Source: an uncultured virus (IMG/VR IMGVR_UViG_3300031416_000004) (taxonomy: Duplodnaviria; Heunggongvirae; Uroviricota; Caudoviricetes). From it: DNA of 64,000 bases. The translations under genes and the position numbers were made by a program. Positions 56,433 through 64,000 of the stretch are shown in pieces. Within the stretch, counting starts at the first letter, position 1. Each line of letters begins with the position of its first letter. The notes under the pieces are model-generated. The model ran no database searches and was not told the origin of the DNA. It worked only from the letters and a program-made list of their open reading frames with translations. The DNA is taken from the IMG/VR virus record IMGVR_UViG_3300031416_000004; one strand, written 5' to 3'.

Positions 56433-57058
56433 TTCATCACCAATTGTTTGTTACGCCACAAATCAACTTCTTGTTTAGAATACTCTAAAGAGTTGAATTT
56501 GCATCCCTTCAAACGGTTTTCTTCCTTCGGCAGATATTGAAGGTTGGATAGGATATGAAGGCCGCAGACATTCTTGCCGCGTAACGGTGCTACGTGATCA
56601 ACTTCATACCCCTCAGGGCAATCTTCATAGAACCACTGGATGCCCTTGAGGTCTGCCCAGGGCGGGGTTCGCTGGATCTTCGCCGTTTGGCGTCTACGCA
56701 CCTCAGCATTTTTTCGTTCCGGGTGACGTTGACGCTTCAACCTGCCGTGCTTGCGCTCAAGCGCACGAATGGGTTCCGGGTTTCTCAACCTGCGCTGTCG
56801 CTGCTGACGAGCACCTTTTTCAAGATAAGCTGCACGTTCTTCATCGGTCATCGCAGCACGCTTTTCCGCAATTTTTCTCCGACTATATTCCCGTAAGTAG
56901 GTGTCTCGCTGAACTTGACGGCACTCAATGCAACTGCAATCCGCTGTATTGCGTTCAGACATATGACCGTGCTTGCAAGGGCGACCTGTAAAATAGGTTT
57001 TTTCACCCCGTTTTTTAGCAATTTCGCGCTCAGGGTACGCTTTCTGAATTGTTCTCAT
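56429..57058 (-). CDS. HNH homing endonuclease
   Basis: EVDHVAPL.G..VCGLH..SNLQ.L...EN; N-terminal Zn ribbon; lower GC. Confidence 0.88.
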   Translation of the reverse strand: MRTIQKAYPEREIAKKRGEKTYFTGRPCKHGHMSERNTADCSCIECRQVQRDTYLREYSRRKIAEKRAAMTDEERAAYLEKGARQQRQRRLRNPEPIRALERKHGRLKRQRHPERKNAEVRRRQTAKIQRTPPWADLKGIQWFYEDCPEGYEVDHVAPLRGKNVCGLHILSNLQYLPKEENRLKGCKFNSLEYSKQEVDLWRNKQLVMK

Positions 57059-57633
57059 TTTTGTGCCTCAAATAGTCGGTCGAATTTGTCGCGCAGCAAT
57101 TGCTCCAATTCCGGCTTCAATTCTTCACGGGTTTCGTCAAACACCTGATCCACAGAGGGCGCGAACAAAAGCCAGAGCCCCTTCCCTATCTGCTTGGCAC
57201 CACGGCTAGGCGCCTTACCGTTTTTTGTTCGGTAGGCGAGACCGATGTTGTTATTGCGCAGCTTGATGAGGAAGGCGCTCGGCATGGACTCGGACTTACC
57301 GGGATCAACCGTGACACTGACACCCTTTGTGCCGATTTTCGGGCTACCTTGAACGAACCGAGCCAACGATGTTGGGCGGTCCCTGCCACGGACAATGGCT
57401 GTCAGATCCCCTTTGGTCGCGTACTTCGCAATACCCAATCGATTGGCTTGACCAGTCAGATATCCACGGGGGAAATTGACTTGCTTCTCCATCGAACGCG
57501 CAGCGCGCCGCCGACCTTCTTGCGTGGTTTCGTTGACAGCCTGGCGCAGAATGTTCGCTATCTTCGGATCGAGAGTTTCGATCTCATCGAACGACGTGAT
57601 GCCCTGAATAACGACGTCAACCGGATTGACCAT
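57055..57633 (-). CDS. Neck/minor tail protein
   Basis: QVNFPRGYL, PTSLARF, PSVDQVF; TGATG-coupled start. Confidence 0.75.
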   Translation of the reverse strand: MVNPVDVVIQGITSFDEIETLDPKIANILRQAVNETTQEGRRRAARSMEKQVNFPRGYLTGQANRLGIAKYATKGDLTAIVRGRDRPTSLARFVQGSPKIGTKGVSVTVDPGKSESMPSAFLIKLRNNNIGLAYRTKNGKAPSRGAKQIGKGLWLLFAPSVDQVFDETREELKPELEQLLRDKFDRLFEAQK

Positions 57634-57953
57634 CAGGCACTCTCCCAATCGGGAAGATCGACCGTTTGGCCGGCAAGCGCGTGAGTGCAGTCGGATAGAA
57701 ACTGGATCCGACCGTCCGTCACGAACGAATGGCAAATTGCAGGCGGTGCACCATCCTTGCCGGCGTCGGGACCATTGTATGTGACCAGAACTGATGGCGT
57801 GAATGTCGGAGCATCCGGATTCCCGTTGTAACCCCACCGCGGTCCAGAGCCTTCGCCGACACTGACCTGATGAGCCCCATCGCAACCGGGACACCAGAAC
57901 ATCAATCGACCGCCTTCGAGGCTGCGGAGTTTGGGAGAAATGAGCGCCATCAC
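57633..57953 (-). CDS. Small Cys/His protein (DUF6527-like)
   Basis: FWCPGC...H, W.YNG...PTFTPS, CHSFV.DG.IQFL.DCTH. Confidence 0.75.
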   Translation of the reverse strand: MMALISPKLRSLEGGRLMFWCPGCDGAHQVSVGEGSGPRWGYNGNPDAPTFTPSVLVTYNGPDAGKDGAPPAICHSFVTDGRIQFLSDCTHALAGQTVDLPDWESA

Positions 57954-58351
57954 GGAATCTCCGGTGCAACATACGTTGCCGGCACCGGCAAAGTAGCCAG
58001 TATCGGATCATCGGCATCCAACTGCAGAACCATGGCGGTGATCGTCAGATCGTCAGGAGGCTGGATGTTGTCGAGATAGTAAGCTTCACCCGCTTCGACC
58101 GAGATGATCGCATTACGCATAGGCTGCGGGATTTCTTCGCGCCAGATGATAATGCGAGGGGTGATGTCTTCACGTTCTGCGTAATTGAAATTGGTGCCCT
58201 TCATATCTCCAAGGGCTTGGAACTTGGTGTGCACGCGCACAAAGCACTGCACTGGCACCGCGTCGATCGATGCAAGATATAATGCAGGGACGCGCAAATG
58301 GAGTTGCACGTCCCTGCGGGCTCTCCGCTTAATGTCGCGGAAAGATGCCAT
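57950..58351 (-). CDS. Head-tail joining protein
   Basis: KRRARRDV.....VPA.Y, VRVH; synteny. Confidence 0.7.
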   Translation of the reverse strand: MASFRDIKRRARRDVQLHLRVPALYLASIDAVPVQCFVRVHTKFQALGDMKGTNFNYAEREDITPRIIIWREEIPQPMRNAIISVEAGEAYYLDNIQPPDDLTITAMVLQLDADDPILATLPVPATYVAPEIP

Positions 58352-58683
58352 CAGATTTCTTCGTCCTTGGAAGCAGCCTTTGCGGCGCCTTTCGGTTTTC
58401 CCTGGGGGTCACCTTCCGCGCCGGAAGCAGGTTTCGCTTCTTCAGCACCAAGCTGCTTTTCGACGTTGGTTGGTGCATCAGCTTCACCGGACTGAGATTT
58501 CGCGAGAATGACTTCGTCCTTCGTGGCCTTGCGGACGGCGTGGGCCGCTTCAAGCCTGTCAAATTCTTCCTGCTCCATCTCGACAACGCTGACACGCTGC
58601 GACGTAGATGCCGGGACGTATACCTTTTTGCCGTCTTCGCGACGGACGATCGTGTTAATGGCGTAAGCCTGTACCTTCGACAT
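58351..58683 (-). CDS. Head-associated hypothetical protein
   Basis: Follows capsid gene; AAGGA RBS. Confidence 0.7.
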   Translation of the reverse strand: MSKVQAYAINTIVRREDGKKVYVPASTSQRVSVVEMEQEEFDRLEAAHAVRKATKDEVILAKSQSGEADAPTNVEKQLGAEEAKPASGAEGDPQGKPKGAAKAASKDEEI

Positions 58684-58764
58684 TTCGGAGTTCCTTTCAG
58701 GAGGCTAAAACTCAATAAATGGTTGATTATATGGGCGACTGACTAGAGCCGCCCAATCAGTGGT

Positions 58765-59859
58765 TTACGCGAGGACGCGGGCTTTCAACGTGCGGTTCGG
58801 ATAGAGAACGAACGGCAGCGGCGAGGATTGATGCATCACATAGACTTCGCCTGGGTCTTTCTCCGTCCACATCTTCGGGAAGACATCAACGGAAACAGCA
58901 TCCGCCATCATGGCGTCAGCATCCCAAATCGCGCCGTAGGCGATGACACCCTGATTGCCGGGGGCCAGCATCAGAATGTCACGAGGATCGAGAATATCGA
59001 CCATATCCCCGTTCGGAGCTTCCACCACGTCCTTGTAAGTCCAGATTTCCAAGGACTGCCCAATGCCGCCGAGCGTCATGACGTATGTCAGCGGCTCATC
59101 GATGTTGAGCATGCCACGCTGGATCGTGGTGCCCTCACCGCCGCGGATCTGCGTGCTGAGCAGTTCCTTGATTGCGGTATTGTTCTGGAAGCACGGAACC
59201 ACGTCGGCGCCGACGATGACACGGTTTGGCCGGCCGCCGAATTTCGCCTTATACACCAAGTTCGACCAAGTGGTCAGATCGCCGATGATGTCGGCTGAAG
59301 GGTCGTCCCAATGGTCGGTGGAAAGCGTGATCGTGTGGCCGGGGTCACGGCCAAAGTCAACAGTCACTTCCGGATGGGCCTGACCCTGATCGGCCGCATA
59401 TGTGATGGTGTATTTGCCATCAATTACGGCTCGTGCACAGAGCCATGCGATGGTCATGTCGATGGCACGCAAGTGGAACTGAATAACCTCCTGAACACGC
59501 TGATCGAAGCGCTCCTGAACGGTCGGCAGGCCGCCGTTGCGGAAAATCTGACTCGGCAGAACGTTCGCCGCTTCCTGCGGACGAACCGCATCCTTCGGCT
59601 TGATGTAAGGCGGCGTGACCGACTTGACGGTTTCGCCGCGGCGCTTGAAGATCGGCTTGCCCTGGCTAGAAGGCATTACGAACGGCGCCATCACCCGGTA
59701 CGGAGTCGGAAGCTCAGAGATCAGGATCTCCTGCGTCTTGGACAGGTGCGGCGTGCTGCTGAAAAAGTTCTGGCGGAACCAGTCAGGGGTTGGGAGAAGA
59801 CGGAGATCCTGCCGCTCCATATAGAGGTCGGCAGATGTCCAGTATTCGAACTTATCCAT
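58765..59859 (-). CDS. Major capsid protein (lambda gpE-like)
   Basis: MAPFV.P...G, PPYIKPK, VDFGR, MHQSSPLP. Confidence 0.92.
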   Translation of the reverse strand: MDKFEYWTSADLYMERQDLRLLPTPDWFRQNFFSSTPHLSKTQEILISELPTPYRVMAPFVMPSSQGKPIFKRRGETVKSVTPPYIKPKDAVRPQEAANVLPSQIFRNGGLPTVQERFDQRVQEVIQFHLRAIDMTIAWLCARAVIDGKYTITYAADQGQAHPEVTVDFGRDPGHTITLSTDHWDDPSADIIGDLTTWSNLVYKAKFGGRPNRVIVGADVVPCFQNNTAIKELLSTQIRGGEGTTIQRGMLNIDEPLTYVMTLGGIGQSLEIWTYKDVVEAPNGDMVDILDPRDILMLAPGNQGVIAYGAIWDADAMMADAVSVDVFPKMWTEKDPGEVYVMHQSSPLPFVLYPNRTLKARVLA

Positions 59860-59889
59860 TGCTTAGTTTCCTTGTTTCTGGATCTGCGT

Positions 59890-60324
59890 TTAGGGCAGGA
59901 TCGGAGTGAACGATGCCAGCTTGCGCATGATGATTTGCGTCGGCGACGGAGCACCTTCGAACGCGTTCATCTTCAAAGCGTCGGTGTTGTAGGCGGCGTT
60001 CCAGACCAACAGGTCAGGATTAAAGCAGCCGGAGCGATAGACGCGGCCAACCTTGTAGTTGGTCGAAGCGTCGGTCGTGATCGGGTAGGCGAGAATGCCG
60101 ATGGCCTTGATCGTGCCTGTTGCGGCAACGATACGGCCGTTTGCGTCAAGGCCGACGACCGTCAGAGCGGCCAGTGTCTGGCTCGCAGCAACGGGATGGT
60201 CCATGACGAACTGCTCTGGCTGGCTTCCCGTGATGAGACCTTCGGGAGTTACCCCGAAGTCCTGGGACCACTGCTGCGGCACGCCAACGGTCTCGGCGTA
60301 GTTCGGAGGTGTAATGGTAGGCAT
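59890..60324 (-). CDS. Head decoration protein (lambda gpD-like)
   Basis: AIGIL...VYRSGCFNPDLLVW; between protease and capsid. Confidence 0.85.
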   Translation of the reverse strand: MPTITPPNYAETVGVPQQWSQDFGVTPEGLITGSQPEQFVMDHPVAASQTLAALTVVGLDANGRIVAATGTIKAIGILAYPITTDASTNYKVGRVYRSGCFNPDLLVWNAAYNTDALKMNAFEGAPSPTQIIMRKLASFTPILP

Positions 60325-60387
60325 TTTGTTGACCTTTCACCAAATGGTTGATTTTCCGAGACGGCGGCGGACCGCCTTCGAGTTAAC

Positions 60388-61716
60388 TTACGCGGCGGGT
60401 TTCTGCAGGCCGGCTGCGGCACGGACCCGCTGACGACGAAGCTGAGACTCGCTCATTTCGTTGTTGTCACCTTCACCGGGAGCACCAACGTCGGCGTTCT
60501 TGGTGCCATTCATGGCGTCCTGAAAGTTCCTGCCGGTGGCATTGGTCTTTGTGTTAGCCGCAGCGGCCTTTTCTTCCGGCATGTCCGCTAGCATCTCCGT
60601 GACCGTTTCGGCATCGAGCGATGCGAACTTGTCACCGGTCGCCATCTTGAGTGCCATGGAGGGCCGCTTCTTGCCTTCCTCGGAATTGACAATTGCCGAG
60701 ATGCGGGTGCGTTCGGCGGTAGCGCCCTCGATCTTGCCGGCCTTCACACCTTCAGCGTGGCCTTCGGCGCGAGCGGTATCGACAGCAGCCTGATCGACTG
60801 CCGCGTCATTTTTCGTCTGTCCAGACATGGTTTCGTCTCCTTCATCTGAGGACAGTTCTGCCGCAAATGCGGCGACGGAGTCGTCAAGCGTACCGATCGC
60901 ATCGGCCAGCCCGTTCGACGTTGCTTGCGAAGCCGTGAATGTGAGAGCTTCGGTGTCCCGAACAGCTTTTTCATCCATGCCTCTATTCCGTGCCACGGTG
61001 GACACGAAAACTGCGCCAAGCTCGTCGATGCGAGCCTGGATGCGTTCTTTGACTTCTGGTTTCAGCGCCTCGTAGGGATTGCCATCAACCTTGTGGGCGC
61101 CGAAGTGAATGAAGGTGACCTTGTATCCGCGCTGCTCCATTGCGGCCGAGATATCGATGTGCGCTGTGACCACGCCGATCGAGCCGACGCCGCCAGTGCG
61201 CGACACCGTGATGGAATCTGCAACAGACGCGATCGAATATGCTGCGGAATAGGCGCTTTCCATCGCATAGGCGCGGACAGGTTTGGTTCCACGAGCCGCG
61301 AACATCTTGTCGACGAGATCGAAATTGCCGGCTACCTCGCCACCGGGGGAGTCGATGATGAGCGCGATACCACGGACGCTTCCGTCTTCCAGTCCGCGTT
61401 CGAAGGCTTTCTGGATGTAGGCGTAACCGGTTGCCCACGATCCGAAGGCATAGGGGAAGTCGTGCAGGAGAACACCCTTAACCGGAATCATCAATACGCC
61501 GTCCTTGACGACATACGGGCGCAACATCGAACGGAACGAACCAGGTTCGCCCCACCAGTTTTCGTCGACAGACGCCATCTCAGCCTTATATTCCGGCGAG
61601 TTCATCTGTGCGGCAACCATGTGCAGCGAAGCTTCGAAGATGCCTTGCATTTCCGGCGCAACGATCGAGGGCTTCTGGTCGAAACGGGCGAGAAGCGGGT
61701 TCATGTTATTCGGCAT
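60388..61716 (-). CDS. S49 prohead protease with scaffold C-terminus
   Basis: IDSPGG, AYSAAY.IAS, GSIGV. Confidence 0.92.
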   Translation of the reverse strand: MPNNMNPLLARFDQKPSIVAPEMQGIFEASLHMVAAQMNSPEYKAEMASVDENWWGEPGSFRSMLRPYVVKDGVLMIPVKGVLLHDFPYAFGSWATGYAYIQKAFERGLEDGSVRGIALIIDSPGGEVAGNFDLVDKMFAARGTKPVRAYAMESAYSAAYSIASVADSITVSRTGGVGSIGVVTAHIDISAAMEQRGYKVTFIHFGAHKVDGNPYEALKPEVKERIQARIDELGAVFVSTVARNRGMDEKAVRDTEALTFTASQATSNGLADAIGTLDDSVAAFAAELSSDEGDETMSGQTKNDAAVDQAAVDTARAEGHAEGVKAGKIEGATAERTRISAIVNSEEGKKRPSMALKMATGDKFASLDAETVTEMLADMPEEKAAAANTKTNATGRNFQDAMNGTKNADVGAPGEGDNNEMSESQLRRQRVRAAAGLQKPAA

Positions 61717-63514
61717 CGAGGCCTCGCTTGTCTGGATTTGGATGGCGGGCATCCATGAAGTTGTTCGCGAGGGTTCCGTTCTCGCTACCGAGGATGTCTG
61801 AGAAATCGTGCTTTGCGGCTTCGCTGACGTTCTTTTCACCGGAAGCGGCGTTCACGGTATTGTCCTGAACATCATCGATGTAAGTGAGATCGTAGTGCTC
61901 GAACTCCTTCTTCTCGCGTGCGACCTGACGCAGTTCACGGCGCCAGTCGCTACCGTGGATGCGTGCAAGTTCACGTTCGTAGGTCGAGAGCTTGTGCTTG
62001 ATGAGAAGAACCGAAGACTGAGTTTCTTTGAGGGGGTCAATCTGGCCGCGTGCCGCACCGATCCACTCGCAAGCGGTAATTGCTTCCATAGCGAGCGGCG
62101 CGTAAAGCCATGCGCTGTCGGAACCCATGCGCTTCGGCAGGGACTTGATAACGCCTTTGTTGATCGCTTCTTCGAGCCACAGGCGATAGACGATGTTGGC
62201 GAACCGATCGGCGACAACCTTTTTGCGGCCGACCATGAACTTCCATGTCTCGGTCATCGCGGCGCGGGCGGAGGAATAATTCGTCTCGGTGTAATCCTTG
62301 GAAAGCTGTTCGTAAGATACGCCGAGCAGCGCCGCGATATTGCGCAGAATGGATTGCTCGAACTCCATACCAAGCGGTGCACCCTGACCGGGAGTCTGCA
62401 TCTTGAGTTTCGAGCCGAGCGGCAGTGCCGGAATGCGGACGCCGTTGAGCTTCAACTGATCAGCGCCGGCCATGAAGTCCGACATGACTTCAAGGTGTTG
62501 GCCGAGACCCTGCTTGATTGCCGTGTCAGCATCCGTGTCAGACGCCATCAGGCGAGCGAAGATATCCTGCGCGGGCAGATCGGATTCAACGACGGCGGCG
62601 TATGTAGCCTGGACCACGGCGTTCTGAAGCGCCACGTCGCGGAACTGGCGAGCCATGTGCGTTTCGCGAATGCCGGCAGCCATGTCAGACATGCCACGGG
62701 TCTGGTTCGGACGCATCTGCTCGAACAGGTGAATAAACTGAGGACGACCCCACCAGAGTTTCGCCGGCAGGCGCTCCCACTGATAGGCTTGTGTCAGATA
62801 GACATCGCGAGGATTGGCCTTGCGGATGTGATAGTGGGTCGGAACGTGATCCTGATTGACCTCGACGCCGCCGATGATGAAGGCGTTCGCTAGCCTGTCC
62901 ATCGGAGTGGAGAGACGGTCTACATCGATCATTCGAATCGATGTGCTGAACGGGCGATCGGACTTCGCAGACCGGTCCCAATCGACAGCGGCAAGCACTT
63001 CACCGCACATCAGGTAGGTGCCAACGGCCTGGCGAACCAGCATTGTGAAGGAGTTACGGCGGGTGGAGTCGATGTAATTCGCATCGGACTCGGCCCACAG
63101 GCCGAACTTTTCTTCGACTTCTTCCTGAAACTCGTCTTCCCATGTCTCGTCGAGCTTGCCCATCAGCACTTGGCTGTTCGGCTTGGCGTTCAGAAGGAAC
63201 TGGCTGCCAACGATGTTGTCCTGGTGAAGGCGCTGGCCGTTCTGCGCGTAGGCGTCGTTCTGCAGGATGTTGCGAATACGGGCGTCGGAAAGGCGCTTCG
63301 CCGGCATGATGTCCTGATCGGCCGTGCGGTTTCCCGGCTGCCAGAGCGCCAGTTCACGTGAAAACCGGCTCGCGCCTTCGTAGGCTTCGCCTGCAATGGC
63401 CGTTTCTTTACCCGCGCCTGACGCCACCCTGATAACGTCAGGCGCGGGAGTGCTCGAAACACCTTGGGAGGAGTCGGGACCGAGCACATCTGTGAAATCT
63501 TTGGGAGATGCCAT
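61706..63514 (-). CDS. Portal protein, lambda family
   Basis: RP.QTRG, GVSYEQLS.DY...NYSSAR, IDPLKE. Confidence 0.93.
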   Translation of the reverse strand: MASPKDFTDVLGPDSSQGVSSTPAPDVIRVASGAGKETAIAGEAYEGASRFSRELALWQPGNRTADQDIMPAKRLSDARIRNILQNDAYAQNGQRLHQDNIVGSQFLLNAKPNSQVLMGKLDETWEDEFQEEVEEKFGLWAESDANYIDSTRRNSFTMLVRQAVGTYLMCGEVLAAVDWDRSAKSDRPFSTSIRMIDVDRLSTPMDRLANAFIIGGVEVNQDHVPTHYHIRKANPRDVYLTQAYQWERLPAKLWWGRPQFIHLFEQMRPNQTRGMSDMAAGIRETHMARQFRDVALQNAVVQATYAAVVESDLPAQDIFARLMASDTDADTAIKQGLGQHLEVMSDFMAGADQLKLNGVRIPALPLGSKLKMQTPGQGAPLGMEFEQSILRNIAALLGVSYEQLSKDYTETNYSSARAAMTETWKFMVGRKKVVADRFANIVYRLWLEEAINKGVIKSLPKRMGSDSAWLYAPLAMEAITACEWIGAARGQIDPLKETQSSVLLIKHKLSTYERELARIHGSDWRRELRQVAREKKEFEHYDLTYIDDVQDNTVNAASGEKNVSEAAKHDFSDILGSENGTLANNFMDARHPNPDKRGLDAE

Positions 63515-63723
63515 CAAAACCATGGGCGCATCGCCCCAACGGCTTTAGTTCTTGGAGAAAGCTCTGCTTCGAGCATGGCGATGTACGCACTTAGGTCGGC
63601 TCGGTTTGCTGCGGAGTATTCGACACGCTCACCGTTTTGATCGACCACCACGCGAACTCGCCTCCCGGTCATCAGATCGTGGAGGGCGGCTTTTGCGTCA
63701 GCGATACGTTCTTGCAGCGTCAT
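63514..63723 (-). CDS. gpW head-to-tail joining protein
   Basis: ALHDLMTG.....DQNGERVEY..AN..DL.AYI..LE. Confidence 0.88.
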   Translation of the reverse strand: MTLQERIADAKAALHDLMTGRRVRVVVDQNGERVEYSAANRADLSAYIAMLEAELSPRTKAVGAMRPWF

Positions 63724-63753
63724 TCAAAAGGCCGATCTACAGAGTTGTTATCT

Positions 63754-63782
63754 CCGTATAATCGACCTTTTGTTGATTTGCA
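63754..63782 (-). promoter_or_regulatory. Late-region promoter with operator as spacer (copy 2)
   Basis: TTGCAA-ATCAACAAAAGGTCGAT-TATACG upstream of gpW. Confidence 0.65.
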
Positions 63783-63857
63783 AACTGTTAGTTGATTTTC
63801 AATATTTCCGATCACTATGGAACGACCGATTTACAAAGTCAACTATTTGTTGATTAT

Positions 63858-64000
63858 TCAGGCAAGAGTTTTCGCCAGTGCACCGAAGTCGTAGGACTTC
63901 TTCTGCGGTGTATGAAAGGCGGGTTCTTCCGTGTCACCAAAAACCAGGATGTTCTCATCCCATGTCTCTGCCCACTTGGGCGGACTGTCCCAAAAGCCAA
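63858..64000 (-). CDS. 3' end of probable terminase large subunit (partial)
   Basis: Open frame ...WDSPPKWAETWDEN...ALAKTLA*; position directly upstream of gpW and portal. Confidence 0.7.
   Translation of the reverse strand, partial: GFWDSPPKWAETWDENILVFGDTEEPAFHTPQKKSYDFGALAKTLA

Larger units (their letters stand above)
285..64000. mobile_element. Temperate siphophage prophage with Chi-like organisation, continuing beyond the right edge
   Basis: Replication, head, tail and lysis modules, repressor, att-like site and cos-like site; no obvious gene decay. Confidence 0.92.

Noticed and set aside
49564..62893. Long plus-strand ORFs opposite structural genes (e.g. 54823-55896, 59311-60351, 61808-62893)
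   Set aside because: Antisense shadows expected from GC-rich codon bias; no motifs or RBS

Overview
Almost the whole window (about 285 to beyond 64000) is an apparently intact temperate siphophage integrated in an alphaproteobacterial (Rhizobium/Agrobacterium-like) chromosome. Gene order is Chi-like: cos, primase-helicase, Cro-like, DUF2800, DUF2815 SSB, DNA polymerase, VRR-NUC, SNF2 helicase, then terminase, gpW, lambda-type portal, S49 protease, decoration, capsid and tail. It differs in having a repressor and a tRNA-3'-end att site after the helicase, and a family B polymerase. Accessory genes include rtcB, thyA, dCMP deaminase, MazG/HD nucleotidases, a dNMP kinase, an acyl carrier protein, GcrA, GapR, a CtrA-type winged helix, MT-A70 and C5 methyltransferases, and two homing endonucleases. 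The most unusual signals are not gene types: (1) a peptide tag F-x-D-[VI]-L-G occurring 10 times in 8 unrelated proteins, mostly at the extreme C-terminus, plus a second shared motif [AP]-[LF]-x-[LI]-Y-[LR]-x-[ST]-F; (2) about 40 copies of a 17-bp palindrome ATCAAC-N5-GTTGAT across early, middle and late genes, often overlapping the RBS; (3) two tandem 21-22 bp RNA stems enclosing multi-hairpin domains with anti-Shine-Dalgarno-like loops; (4) a split C5 methyltransferase with a nested out-of-frame second subunit; (5) a second tail-tube paralog sharing a terminal segment with a tail-tip protein. All calls are from reading motifs by eye; no database search was run.
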